Assembly (NCBI GenBank): GCA_963664225.1
Contig: OY760937.1
Span: 1,888,001-1,952,000 of the forward strand
Direction: 5' to 3'
DNA length: 64,000 nucleotides
Source of the DNA: Verrucomicrobiia bacterium
GTDB taxonomy: Bacteria; Verrucomicrobiota; Verrucomicrobiia; Limisphaerales; UBA1319
The translations under genes and the position numbers were made by a program. Each line of letters starts with the position of its first letter. Position 1 is the stretch's first letter. Positions 1 to 9,213 of the stretch are shown here, piece after piece. The notes beneath the pieces were generated by a model that saw only the letters and a program-made list of their open reading frames with translations, was not told the origin of the DNA and did no database searches.

Positions 1-1014
1 GCCATTTTGGCCACCATCGAGTCCAGCGCGCAGCGCGCAGCGGGAATCATCCGTCAACTTTTGGCCGTGGCCCAGGGTTTGACCAGTCAATACGGCCCCA
101 TTCCTCCGCAACAAATCATCCGAGACGTCGCCGGCACAATTCAGGAAACTTTCCCCTCGGCCATTGGCATCGAGACCTGTCTGGCGCCCAGCCTCTGGCC
201 CATTATCGGTGACGCGTCCCAACTCCACCAGGCTATCCTCGCCTTATCTCTTAACGCGCGGGATGCCATGCCCGGCGGCGGACGGCTCACGCTCAAAGCT
301 GAGAATATCCTTATCGATGCGGGAACACTGCCCGACCTTCCCACAGCCAAACCCGGACCCTATGTCATCATCACTGTGGCTGATACCGGGCACGCCTACT
401 CCCCCGAAAACGCCAGGCGGTTACAGGACGCGCTGCAAACCAGCCATTTCGAGGGATTGGGCCAGGAAGAGCACCTGACTGCCGCCGTCTGGATTGCGCA
501 CAGCCACGGAGGCTTTGTAACCGTCGATTGCGGGAGGGAGGGGGCGGCGTTTCATGTCTTCATTCCCGCGCAGCCGGTTTCCACATCCGCCGCCGCCTCG
601 CCTAAGGATGCTTCCGATGCCATGCAGGGCGCCGCAAGCAAGGGACTGGGTATTCTGGTGGTGGACGACGAGGAGATCATGCGCGATATGACGCGCACCA
701 TTCTTGAGTCTCAAGGCCATCGTGTTGTGGCGGCTTGCGACGGACCAGAGGCCATCGCCCGCCTGGTGGAGCGAAAAATACCCATCCAAGTGGCCCTGGT
801 CGATCTGGTCATGCCCTATCTGGACGGTCTGGCCACAATCCAGGCTCTGCAAAAAATCAATCCCGATATCCGCTCCATCCTGATTACCGGCGCCGTTCTG
901 GATCAGAAGGAATGGGATTTAAAACGCAACCAGATCGATCTGCTGCTGCAGAAACCTTTTTCCTCCGCCGAAATGATTGCCGCCGTCGCAAAGGTCATGG
1001 ACAGGACAAATTAA
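1..1014 (+). CDS. Hybrid histidine-kinase-like/response regulator, C-terminal part (5' truncated by window edge); HATPase G-boxes degenerate
   Basis: GDASQLHQAILALSLNARDAMPGGGRLT N-box region, then REC domain (LVVDDE...VDLVMP...ITG...QKPF). Frame is open to position 1. Confidence 0.85.
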   Translation, partial: AILATIESSAQRAAGIIRQLLAVAQGLTSQYGPIPPQQIIRDVAGTIQETFPSAIGIETCLAPSLWPIIGDASQLHQAILALSLNARDAMPGGGRLTLKAENILIDAGTLPDLPTAKPGPYVIITVADTGHAYSPENARRLQDALQTSHFEGLGQEEHLTAAVWIAHSHGGFVTVDCGREGAAFHVFIPAQPVSTSAAASPKDASDAMQGAASKGLGILVVDDEEIMRDMTRTILESQGHRVVAACDGPEAIARLVERKIPIQVALVDLVMPYLDGLATIQALQKINPDIRSILITGAVLDQKEWDLKRNQIDLLLQKPFSSAEMIAAVAKVMDRTN

Positions 1015-1151
1015 ACACTTTAATGCCCGGACCGGGTCGCACATCAGAGTCATACAGCTCTTGAGAAGGTCCCTTATACATTACAATGCCGGAGCGATTT
1101 TGTATCTCCTAAAACCTTGTGTAACTCCTGATTCGCGGTTAAACTGCATCC

Positions 1152-1730
1152 ATGAATAAAGGCGTATTGGTGCTCCTATTGGTTCCAATCCTGGTCCTGC
1201 TGGGTCTAGTGCTGATCGGCGCCCTTTGGGGTGTGGCCGCCTACAACGGCCTGGTGACGCTGCGCCAGAAGGTCCGCAACGCCTGGGCGCAGATCGATGT
1301 CCAGCTCAAGCGCCGCCATGATTTGATCCCCAACCTCGTCAATACGGTCAAGGGTTACGCAGCGCACGAGAAGGACACCTTCGAACGGGTCATCAATGCC
1401 CGCGCCAAGGCCACGAGTGTCACGCTCCCTGCCGATTGCATCAAAGCCGAAGGCGAGCTCAGCTCCGCCCTGGCCCGACTGATGGCGGTGTCAGAGGCCT
1501 ATCCCGATCTCAAGGCCAACCAGAATTTCATGGCCCTCCAGCAGGAGCTTACCGGAACAGAAGACCGCGTGGCCTTTTCCCGACAGGGTTACAATGACAG
1601 CGTGATGCAATTGAACACGCGCATTCAATCGTTCCCCACGGTATTCGTGGCGCGCATGTTCGGCTTCAAAGAAGAGCCATTCTTCGAATCTCCCGAGGAC
1701 GAGCGCCAGGCCCCCACCGTGCAGTTTTGA
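1152..1730 (+). CDS. lemA: LemA family protein
   Basis: N-terminal TM, YNGLVTLRQKVRNAWAQIDVQLKRRHDLIPNLV, EAYPDLKANQNF, YNDSV...FP motifs. Confidence 0.95.
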   Translation: MNKGVLVLLLVPILVLLGLVLIGALWGVAAYNGLVTLRQKVRNAWAQIDVQLKRRHDLIPNLVNTVKGYAAHEKDTFERVINARAKATSVTLPADCIKAEGELSSALARLMAVSEAYPDLKANQNFMALQQELTGTEDRVAFSRQGYNDSVMQLNTRIQSFPTVFVARMFGFKEEPFFESPEDERQAPTVQF

Positions 1731-1897
1731 ACGGTGTCTCATTCGTACTTAGCGGCGTCCCGGTAGGGCGGAGGCGGAAGTTTTTTCTGGATTCAAAATC
1801 GTTCAGCCCCTAGAAAAGGTTCAAGAAATCAATCCTTTGTGCCGGGACGGGCTTTGCCGCTGTGTGCGGTCGCGTTCATCAGCATGAGGATCAACCA

Positions 1898-3265
1898 ATG
1901 CATGACATGAATAAAGAACACATTCCTGCTTCCAACGCAGATCTTTCGCGCCGTCATTTTCTGAAAAACACCTCCCTGGGAATCGCCGGCGCAGCAGCAG
2001 CCGTGCAAATGCCCTTCATCCTCACTGCGCATGCCGCCCCGGATGATCCGATTAAAATCGGACTCATCGGCTGTGGCGGGCGGGGAACCGGCGCCGCACT
2101 GGATGCCCTGGGCGCCGCCGCGAACGTCATTTATCCAAAGGCCGGCTATCACACCGAGGACGTTCAGCAAAATGCCCAGGTCACTGAAAAAGGGGTCAAG
2201 ATCGTGGCCCTGGCCGATGTGTTTCCAGACCGCCTCGAGCGCTGCCGCACCCAGCTCAGCAAACTCAATATGGCGATTGGCGACGAATACTGCTTCACCG
2301 GATTCGACGCCTACAAAAAGCTCCTCGAGGTCAAGGAGATCAACTACGTCATCTGCGCCACTCCGCCCCATTTCCGTCCCATCCACCTGCGCGCCGCCAT
2401 TGAAGCGGGCAAAAACGTATTCCTGGAAAAACCGGTCGCCGTGGACGGCCCCGGCGTGCGTTCCGTGATTGAATCCGGCGAACTTGCCAAACAAAAAGGC
2501 CTGGGTATTGCGGTTGGAACCCAGCGTCGCCACCAAACCAGCTACATCGAAGCGATCAAACGCATCAAGGACGGCGCCATCGGCGATATCGTCTATGGAC
2601 GCGTCTATTGGAACGGCGGCGTGATCTGGGTCATCAAGCCCGATCCCAAGTGGAGCGACATGGAATGGCAGTTGCGGAACTGGAACTATTTCACCTGGCT
2701 CGGCGGCGATCACATTGTCGAGCAGCACGTTCACAACCTGGACATCGCCAACTGGGTCATGGGCACGCCCGTGAAGGCCTACGGCCGCGGCGGACGCCAT
2801 GCCCGTCCCGATAAGAATTACGGCCACATTTTCGACCATTTCTCGATCGAGTTCGAGTATGCCAACGGCGCGCGGCTCTTCAGCGCCTGCACCCAGATGG
2901 ATGGTTGCGAGGATCGCGTCGGCGAAGCCGTTGTGGGCACCAAAGGGACGAGTAATTGCCAGAACTTCATCCAACCCACGGGTGGCCAGGCCTGGCGCTT
3001 TTCCGGCAAGGATTCCAATCCCTACCGCCAGGAACATCTGGACCTGATCAACAGCATTCGCGCGGGCAAGCCGATCAATGAGGCCAAAAACGCCGCCGAA
3101 AGCACGCTCATGGGCATCATGGGCCGCGAAGCCGCCTACTCCGGCAAAAGCATCACCTGGGAGCAGGCCTTGAACTCGACGAAGCACCTGGGACCGGCCA
3201 CCTACGAAATGGGATCGCTGCCCTTCCCTGAAGTCGCCATGCCGGAAACATACAAAATATCCTAA
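1898..3265 (+). CDS. Gfo/Idh/MocA family oxidoreductase with Tat signal
   Basis: SRRHFLK Tat motif, IGLIGCGGRG, ATPPHFRPIH, EKP, VEQHVHNLD. ATG 1898 follows GAGGA RBS. Confidence 0.92.
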   Translation: MHDMNKEHIPASNADLSRRHFLKNTSLGIAGAAAAVQMPFILTAHAAPDDPIKIGLIGCGGRGTGAALDALGAAANVIYPKAGYHTEDVQQNAQVTEKGVKIVALADVFPDRLERCRTQLSKLNMAIGDEYCFTGFDAYKKLLEVKEINYVICATPPHFRPIHLRAAIEAGKNVFLEKPVAVDGPGVRSVIESGELAKQKGLGIAVGTQRRHQTSYIEAIKRIKDGAIGDIVYGRVYWNGGVIWVIKPDPKWSDMEWQLRNWNYFTWLGGDHIVEQHVHNLDIANWVMGTPVKAYGRGGRHARPDKNYGHIFDHFSIEFEYANGARLFSACTQMDGCEDRVGEAVVGTKGTSNCQNFIQPTGGQAWRFSGKDSNPYRQEHLDLINSIRAGKPINEAKNAAESTLMGIMGREAAYSGKSITWEQALNSTKHLGPATYEMGSLPFPEVAMPETYKIS

Positions 3266-3315
3266 GCCCGGCGAATATTCCGATGTAAAAACCGGGCCGC
3301 CCCGGTTCGATTGTG

Positions 3316-3350
3316 AACGCGCCTTTCAACCAACGTTGACAGGCGCGTTT
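3316..3350 (+). terminator. Possible intrinsic terminator after the oxidoreductase
   Basis: aacgcgcct-ttcaac...gttgac-aggcgcgtt imperfect hairpin with short T-run. Confidence 0.45.
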
Positions 3351-3375
3351 CCATGATCTGATATTGTCACAGTTT

Positions 3376-4065
3376 ATGTGCGGACGTTTCAGCCAGACGC
3401 AGGACCCCGGTGAGCTCGCGCCGCGCTTTCAGGCCCGGAACTTTGTTCCAGACTGGACGCCACGCTATAACATCGCGCCCACACAAAACGCGGCCGTTGT
3501 CATTGCCCTAGCTGAGGGCCGCGTGCTCCAATTAATGCGTTGGGGCCTCGTTCCATTCTGGGCCAAGGACGAAACGATCGGGGCCAAAATGATCAACGCC
3601 CGCGCGGAAACCCTGAGCCAGAAACCGGCGTTCCGCAAACTCTTCGAAAAGCAACGCTGTCTGGTCGTTGCGGATGGCTATTACGAATGGCGCAAGTCCG
3701 GCGTCCTCAAGGAACCGTTCCGCTTCGTTCTCAACAGCGGCGAACCATTCGCCATGGCGGGTCTTTACGAACGCTGGCCCCTGACTGGTCTCGAAACCTT
3801 CACGGTCATCACCACGCAGGCCAACGAACTGGCGCGCTCTGTCCATGATCGTATGCCGGTCCTGCTCGAACCCTCCCAATACACGGCGTGGCTCGATTTC
3901 AAATACCACGACACCGCCGCGCTCGAACGTTTCCTCGCGCCCTTCCCCTCAACACGCATGAAGTGCTTCCGCGTTTCGCCCCGCGTCAACAGCGCCCGCC
4001 ACGACGATCCCCAGTGCATCACTCCCCTGCCCAGCCAGGTTGTTTTTCCCGGGTTTAACGCGTGA
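3376..4065 (+). CDS. SRAP family abasic-site processing protein (YedK/HMCES-like)
   Basis: MCGRF N-terminus (catalytic Cys2), RYNIAPTQ, WGLVPFW, INARAET, HDRMP. Confidence 0.95.
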   Translation: MCGRFSQTQDPGELAPRFQARNFVPDWTPRYNIAPTQNAAVVIALAEGRVLQLMRWGLVPFWAKDETIGAKMINARAETLSQKPAFRKLFEKQRCLVVADGYYEWRKSGVLKEPFRFVLNSGEPFAMAGLYERWPLTGLETFTVITTQANELARSVHDRMPVLLEPSQYTAWLDFKYHDTAALERFLAPFPSTRMKCFRVSPRVNSARHDDPQCITPLPSQVVFPGFNA

Positions 4066-4195
4066 AAGGGCCAACGCCCATGTTACCAGTCATCACAACA
4101 TGGCAATGATTCCTGTATTTGACTTTAATATATTTGTGGCACGTATGATTCGTAGGTCATAATATCCATACATCTGGTTGGTCGAATGTTTATTT

Positions 4196-4786
4196 ATGAT
4201 CTCTCGCAATACGAAGATTGTTTTAGGTTCTTCTGCCTGCGTTATCGTATTGCTGGTGGCTCTCGTCGCAGCCTGGCTTCACCACTTGGGTAAGGTGCAC
4301 CGACACTGCATCAAAATCACGGGAATGGCATTCAAGATGTATGCCACCGATCACAATGGCACATTCCCTTACCATACAAACGGTTTTGGGGATGCGCTGT
4401 TGCTGCTGGTAAAAGAACATCATGTGGACCGCGTGACCTATCTCTGTGGACCCGGGGACGATGGGCATGTACTTACCAACGCTCTAGCTCAGGGGCTGGA
4501 TGTGCCAGAGGAACAGTGCAGCCGGGTTTACGTCCAGGGATTGTCCGAAACAAATGATCCAATGCTCTGCATCCTGTTTGATCGTCGCTCAGCGAAGGGA
4601 GGGGACCATAATTACGGCTTTGGAAAACCGCTTCGGGAAGTTTGCATGCTAGACGGATCCATGCTTTCTATTGGGGATGAGCGATGGCCCGAGTTCAGTC
4701 GCCAGCAGGTCGAGTTGCTGGTCACCGCCGGATTCAAACACGAGAAAGCATTGGAATATTATCCAGCAGCGGCCCAGTCAAAATAG
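4196..4786 (+). CDS. Membrane-anchored protein related to H-X9-DG/DUF1559 pilin-like family, lacking a clear methylation motif
   Basis: N-terminal TM, then HCIKITGMAFKMYATDHNGTFP (resembles C..NLKQIGLA..MY..DH.G.FP) and VCMLDGS near the C-terminus. Confidence 0.6.
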   Translation: MISRNTKIVLGSSACVIVLLVALVAAWLHHLGKVHRHCIKITGMAFKMYATDHNGTFPYHTNGFGDALLLLVKEHHVDRVTYLCGPGDDGHVLTNALAQGLDVPEEQCSRVYVQGLSETNDPMLCILFDRRSAKGGDHNYGFGKPLREVCMLDGSMLSIGDERWPEFSRQQVELLVTAGFKHEKALEYYPAAAQSK

Positions 4787-4831
4787 GTAATAAGACGTTC
4801 AATAAAGCTGAAGCAACCACTCGAAGCTAAA

Positions 4832-5479
4832 ATGAAGCTGACACAAACCAAATCAATCAGAGCGTTTACCAGAACCGAGCTTCTCGTCACCATCGCCTGT
4901 CTGGTGGTTATTTTGGCGGCAATTATTTTACCCGCCGTGGCAAAACGGACGGCCCACTCAGCAAGGATAGGTTGCCTAAATAATATTAAAAACATTGGAC
5001 TGGCATTTCGAATCTGGGCCACAGACAACCACGATCTCTTTCCAATGCAGGTGTCCACAAACGATGGGGGGACGAAGGAGTTGATCCCCAGTGGGGCGGT
5101 CTTCCCTCATTTTCTTGCCATGTCCAACGAACTAAGCACCCCGAAGATCCTGCTTTGTCCCAATGACAACAGGCCTGCGGCGACAAATTTCATGTCAGAC
5201 CTGACCGACACAAATATCAGCTACTTCTTAAACCTGGACGCGGTGGAAAATCCCTCCGACATGTTGGCCGGTGACCGCAACCTTACAAACAGGCCCCCGG
5301 CAGGCAGCCGGCTGGTTCCTATCACAAAAAACTCCATTCTCAGCTGGACCGAGGAAATGCATTTTGGGAAAGGAAACCTTGTTTTCGGAGACGGTCACGT
5401 TGCTCAATTCGCTAATGGCAGCACTGGCACTGTCGTCAACATCCCCGAAAGTGTCACGAATCGGCTGGCGGTTCCGTAG
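4832..5479 (+). CDS. Prepilin-type N-terminal cleavage/methylation protein with H-X9-DG motif
   Basis: RA|FTRTELLVTIACLVVILAAIILPA, CLNNIKNIGLAFRIWATDN, C-terminal HFGKGNLVFGDGHV. Confidence 0.9.
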   Translation: MKLTQTKSIRAFTRTELLVTIACLVVILAAIILPAVAKRTAHSARIGCLNNIKNIGLAFRIWATDNHDLFPMQVSTNDGGTKELIPSGAVFPHFLAMSNELSTPKILLCPNDNRPAATNFMSDLTDTNISYFLNLDAVENPSDMLAGDRNLTNRPPAGSRLVPITKNSILSWTEEMHFGKGNLVFGDGHVAQFANGSTGTVVNIPESVTNRLAVP

Positions 5480-5663
5480 CCATTTTAAAAATGAATTTGC
5501 CAATCGCTTAAAATAGAGAGTTTTCTGAAGCGAAGAGAATTTGTTAAGCACTGCGCCGGGCTGGCGGCCAGCGTGGTGGGATTGGAATGCAACGCGTCGT
5601 GACACTTAACGAGAGTCGATTTTTTGATTCATCCCCAGGGATTCCATCCTGTAGGCTCAGGCC

Positions 5664-7442
5664 ATGAACATGAATAGAACGCGCTGGAGGTTTTCAAAAC
5701 TTTCAATCTGGTCGTTCGGTCTGATTGCGATGCTGAACATGCTGGCGGGCTCAGCCTTCGCGGAGGAACAACCCAAGCCGTTGAAGGGCCGGGTGGTGGT
5801 TCTGGGCGATAGCATCACCTACGCGGGGCAGTTCGTGGATTATATCGAGGCCGGATTAAAGCTGGCCCAGCCCACAAACGCATTCGAGGTCTTCAATCTG
5901 GGTCTGCCCAGCGAGACGGTGTCCGGCCTGTCGGAACCGGGACATGCGGGCGGGGCATTTCCGCGACCTGATTTGCACGAGCGGTTGGAACGCGTGATGC
6001 AGAAGGCGAAGCCGGACGTGGTCATTGCCTGCTACGGAATCAACGATGGTATTTACTTCCCGCTGGGCGAGGACCGTTTCAAGGCGTTCCAGGATGGCAT
6101 GCGCCGGTTGCACGATCGGGCGCTGGCCGCAGGCGCGCGGATCATTCACCTCACGCCGCCCGTGTTCGACCCGTTACCCCTTAAAGGCCGAACGCTACCG
6201 GCTGGCCGCGACTCCTATCCCCAACCCTATGAAGACTACAACAAGGTCTTGGATCATTACTCGGCATGGTTGATGGCTCAGAAAGCTCAAGGCTGGGAAG
6301 TGGTGGACATTCACACGCCCATCAATGAGTTCCTCGCCGCGAAACGTCAGAGCGATCCCAATTTCACGCTGGCCGGGGACGGGGTGCATCCGAACGAAGT
6401 CGGACATTGGCTGATGGCCCGGCCGTTACTGGACTATTTGGTTCCCACGGCGGATTTTGCGAAATGGGCGGATGCCAACCAAATGGCGGCGCATTATCCC
6501 CACGGAGCGGAGTTACTGAAACTGGTACAGGAACGGCAACAGTTGCTCAAGGACGCCTGGCTGACGGACATCGGCCACAAACGGCCTGGCATGGGCAAAG
6601 GCCTTGCCCTGGCGGAGGCGCAGCAAAAAGCCGCCGCGCTGGAGGTCCAGTTGCAAGCCCTGCTGAAAACTTCAGGCGAGAGCCAGAACCATAACGCGCC
6701 ATTCCCCGGGAAGCGTTCCGATTGGAATGGATTCGAACGTTATGATTTCGCCATTGATGGAATAATTGTGACGGCCATCTGCCCGAAGCAGCGGCTGCCC
6801 GGCAAGCCATGGGCGTGGAAAGGCGAGTTTCTGGATGCTTTTCCAGGAACGGAAATCGCCCTGCTGGGACGGGGCTTTTATATCGTTTATGTGGCGATTC
6901 CGGACATGCTGGGTTGCCCCGAGGCGGTGCAGGGCTGGAACACGTGTTACCAGGAGTTGACCAGCAAATACGGACTGGCAAGGAAGGCGGCGCTCATCGG
7001 TTTGAGCCGTGGTGGTCTCTATTGCTACAACTGGGCCGCCGCCAATCCCGACAAGGTGGCCTGCATTTATGGCGACGCGCCGGTCTGTGATTTCAAGAGT
7101 TGGCCGGGAGGCAAAGGCAAGGGACAGGGCAGCGCCCGCGATTGGCAATTGGTCATGGAACGTTACCATTTCAAGACCGAAGCGGAGGCCCTGGCCTATG
7201 ACAAGAATCCAGTGGATAACCTCGCGCCATTGGCCAAGGCCGGCATACCATTGCTGCATGTTTATGGCGATGCCGACGATGTGGTGCCGTGGGAGGAAAA
7301 CACCGGCAAACTGGCCGAACGCTACCGCCAGCTTGGGGGCGGTATCACGCTGATCTCCAAACCTGGAGTCGGACACCATCCGCATGGCCTGACGGATCCG
7401 ACGCCAATCGTTGATTTTATTATAAAACACTTCGTCCAATAA
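5664..7442 (+). CDS. Secreted SGNH/GDSL hydrolase fused to alpha/beta hydrolase
   Basis: Signal peptide; LGDSIT, YGIND, DGVHP (SGNH); GLSRGG, HVYGDADDVVP, GVGHHPHG (alpha/beta hydrolase). Confidence 0.9.
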   Translation: MNMNRTRWRFSKLSIWSFGLIAMLNMLAGSAFAEEQPKPLKGRVVVLGDSITYAGQFVDYIEAGLKLAQPTNAFEVFNLGLPSETVSGLSEPGHAGGAFPRPDLHERLERVMQKAKPDVVIACYGINDGIYFPLGEDRFKAFQDGMRRLHDRALAAGARIIHLTPPVFDPLPLKGRTLPAGRDSYPQPYEDYNKVLDHYSAWLMAQKAQGWEVVDIHTPINEFLAAKRQSDPNFTLAGDGVHPNEVGHWLMARPLLDYLVPTADFAKWADANQMAAHYPHGAELLKLVQERQQLLKDAWLTDIGHKRPGMGKGLALAEAQQKAAALEVQLQALLKTSGESQNHNAPFPGKRSDWNGFERYDFAIDGIIVTAICPKQRLPGKPWAWKGEFLDAFPGTEIALLGRGFYIVYVAIPDMLGCPEAVQGWNTCYQELTSKYGLARKAALIGLSRGGLYCYNWAAANPDKVACIYGDAPVCDFKSWPGGKGKGQGSARDWQLVMERYHFKTEAEALAYDKNPVDNLAPLAKAGIPLLHVYGDADDVVPWEENTGKLAERYRQLGGGITLISKPGVGHHPHGLTDPTPIVDFIIKHFVQ

Positions 7443-7722
7443 ATCGACGGGCTCCAGAGGCAGGAAAATCACGGGCCACGCACGCGCTTCTGCGACTGCA
7501 TTGGCACGATCCCAGATTGCTGTGTGGGTACAGAAGATCTTCGGCACAATGTGTCTTCGTTTCCCGTTTGGAGGGCCGTTACTCGCCGGGCCATTCCTGA
7601 TCTTGTCCCCATCTCTCAAGTTTATTGACGCTCTGCCGATAAGAGGGCTGTGATGAACCGAAGGATTGTGTATTGAAAAGATTATTGCGAATGTTTTATC
7701 TTTCAGCCGATCATTTAATCCA

Positions 7723-9042
7723 ATGAAGACTATCACACGCGCTCACTGGTCACGGGTTTTCTTAACAGTGACGCTGATAGGTGCTTCAGTCCTTGCATTT
7801 CCACAATCCACCCTGTCCCAGGAGTTGTATAGCCATGGCAATCCCACGGATTTGGAGCAATACATGCTCGAACTGATCAACCGGGCGCGACAGGATCCGA
7901 CGGCAGAGGGAATCTTTCTCGATACTCTGAACACCTATTACACGATCGATGCGCGTTACAGAAAGCCTGCATTCTTTACCAATCTGCGTCAGGAGTTCCA
8001 ATCCTATCCAGTGGCCCAGCCCCTGCCATTCAATGCCAGCCTCATCCAGGCAGCCCGGGCCCATGCCAGCGATATGATCGCCCGCAAGTATTTTGCCCAT
8101 GTGACGCCCGAGGGAAAATATCCCTGGGATCGCGCCGCGGACGCGGGATATGACTCGACCTTTGTCGGGGAAAACATGCACAGCGTGGGCGCCACCAGCA
8201 GCGATAACGTGCTGTATGAACATTTTTCTCTGATGGTGGATTATGACAACCTGGCCCAAGCCACGAGTCCCCTTGGCCATCGGCTTAACATCCTAAATCC
8301 AATCTACAGTGAAATAGGTGTGGGGATCATTGGCACACTATCCAACGGAAAAACCGTTCAGGACTTTGGGGATGCGGGACATTCTTTTGTCCTGGGCGTG
8401 GTTTACAACGACCTAAATCATAATGGTTTTTATGATCCAGGCGAAGGATTGGCCGGTGCAACCATCAACCTCTCCATTGGACATCATTGCGCGATCACCT
8501 CGTCGTCCGGTGGATACGCCATCCCGCTGGATCCAGAGGAAACACGAACCGATACGGTGCTACTCACCGTGCCTGCGGAAGATGGTTGGACTGATGAAAT
8601 TGCAGCGCAGGACACTGCGTTCAGGGCGCAATTTACCGCGACCAACAAGGCGCCGGGGACCGTCATCGTTTCCGCTTCAGGAGGCGCCCTGACCAATCCA
8701 TTGGCCCGGATGGCGGCGATGACAAGACTCATTCAACTGGATTATAAACTCAAAGGCACCGATGGCTGGTATTTTAACCGCACATTGCTTGTGGGGCGGA
8801 ACACAAAAGTCGATTTTAATTCCGCGGCACAGTGCATTCCCAAGAAACTCAATGTCCCGATCATGGTTTCGAATAACGCCATTCGGTTGAGCTGGCAGGG
8901 AGGCACGGCGCCGTATCAGATACAAAAGCGCGCATCGATAACGCAGACAAACTGGCAAAATGTGGGAGTGCCGGTCACCGAGACCTCCTGCGTGTTGTCG
9001 AACAACGAATCGGCCTGTTTTTACCGGGTGATCTCGAATTAA
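7723..9042 (+). CDS. Secreted CAP (SCP) domain protein with SdrD-B-like segment and C-terminal FYRV domain
   Basis: Signal peptide; EQYMLELINRAR, AARAHASDM, GEN, GHRLNIL; GVVYNDLNHNGFYDPGEG; ends CFYRVISN. Confidence 0.85.
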   Translation: MKTITRAHWSRVFLTVTLIGASVLAFPQSTLSQELYSHGNPTDLEQYMLELINRARQDPTAEGIFLDTLNTYYTIDARYRKPAFFTNLRQEFQSYPVAQPLPFNASLIQAARAHASDMIARKYFAHVTPEGKYPWDRAADAGYDSTFVGENMHSVGATSSDNVLYEHFSLMVDYDNLAQATSPLGHRLNILNPIYSEIGVGIIGTLSNGKTVQDFGDAGHSFVLGVVYNDLNHNGFYDPGEGLAGATINLSIGHHCAITSSSGGYAIPLDPEETRTDTVLLTVPAEDGWTDEIAAQDTAFRAQFTATNKAPGTVIVSASGGALTNPLARMAAMTRLIQLDYKLKGTDGWYFNRTLLVGRNTKVDFNSAAQCIPKKLNVPIMVSNNAIRLSWQGGTAPYQIQKRASITQTNWQNVGVPVTETSCVLSNNESACFYRVISN

Positions 9043-9213
9043 CCGATCCGACGTCCGCATGGGAAATTAGATAATCCATCGCGAGACAAAGGCTGGGGTC
9101 AGGTGCATCTCCATTCTGGTTCGTCCCTTGAAAACCGATTCGAAGTCTCGAAAAAATATCGTTCAAGCCGTGGGATTCATGAAAACAATTCGGGCGCGGT
9201 CGGACGGCGGTGC

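Noticed and set aside
1829..3187. 452 aa minus-strand ORF
   Set aside because: Antisense shadow of the clear Gfo/Idh/MocA gene; typical of high-GC codon bias and has no motifs.
3303..3320. GTTC-N6-GAAC upstream of the SRAP gene as a LexA box
   Set aside because: Spacing and flanks do not match the TGTTC-N4-GAACA motif I recall for Verrucomicrobia LexA.
7501..7521. TTGGCACG...TTGCT as a sigma54 promoter for the CAP gene
   Set aside because: GG-to-GC spacing is 14, not the required 10.
6672..7736. 354 aa minus-strand ORF
   Set aside because: Antisense to the SGNH/hydrolase gene; no recognisable features.
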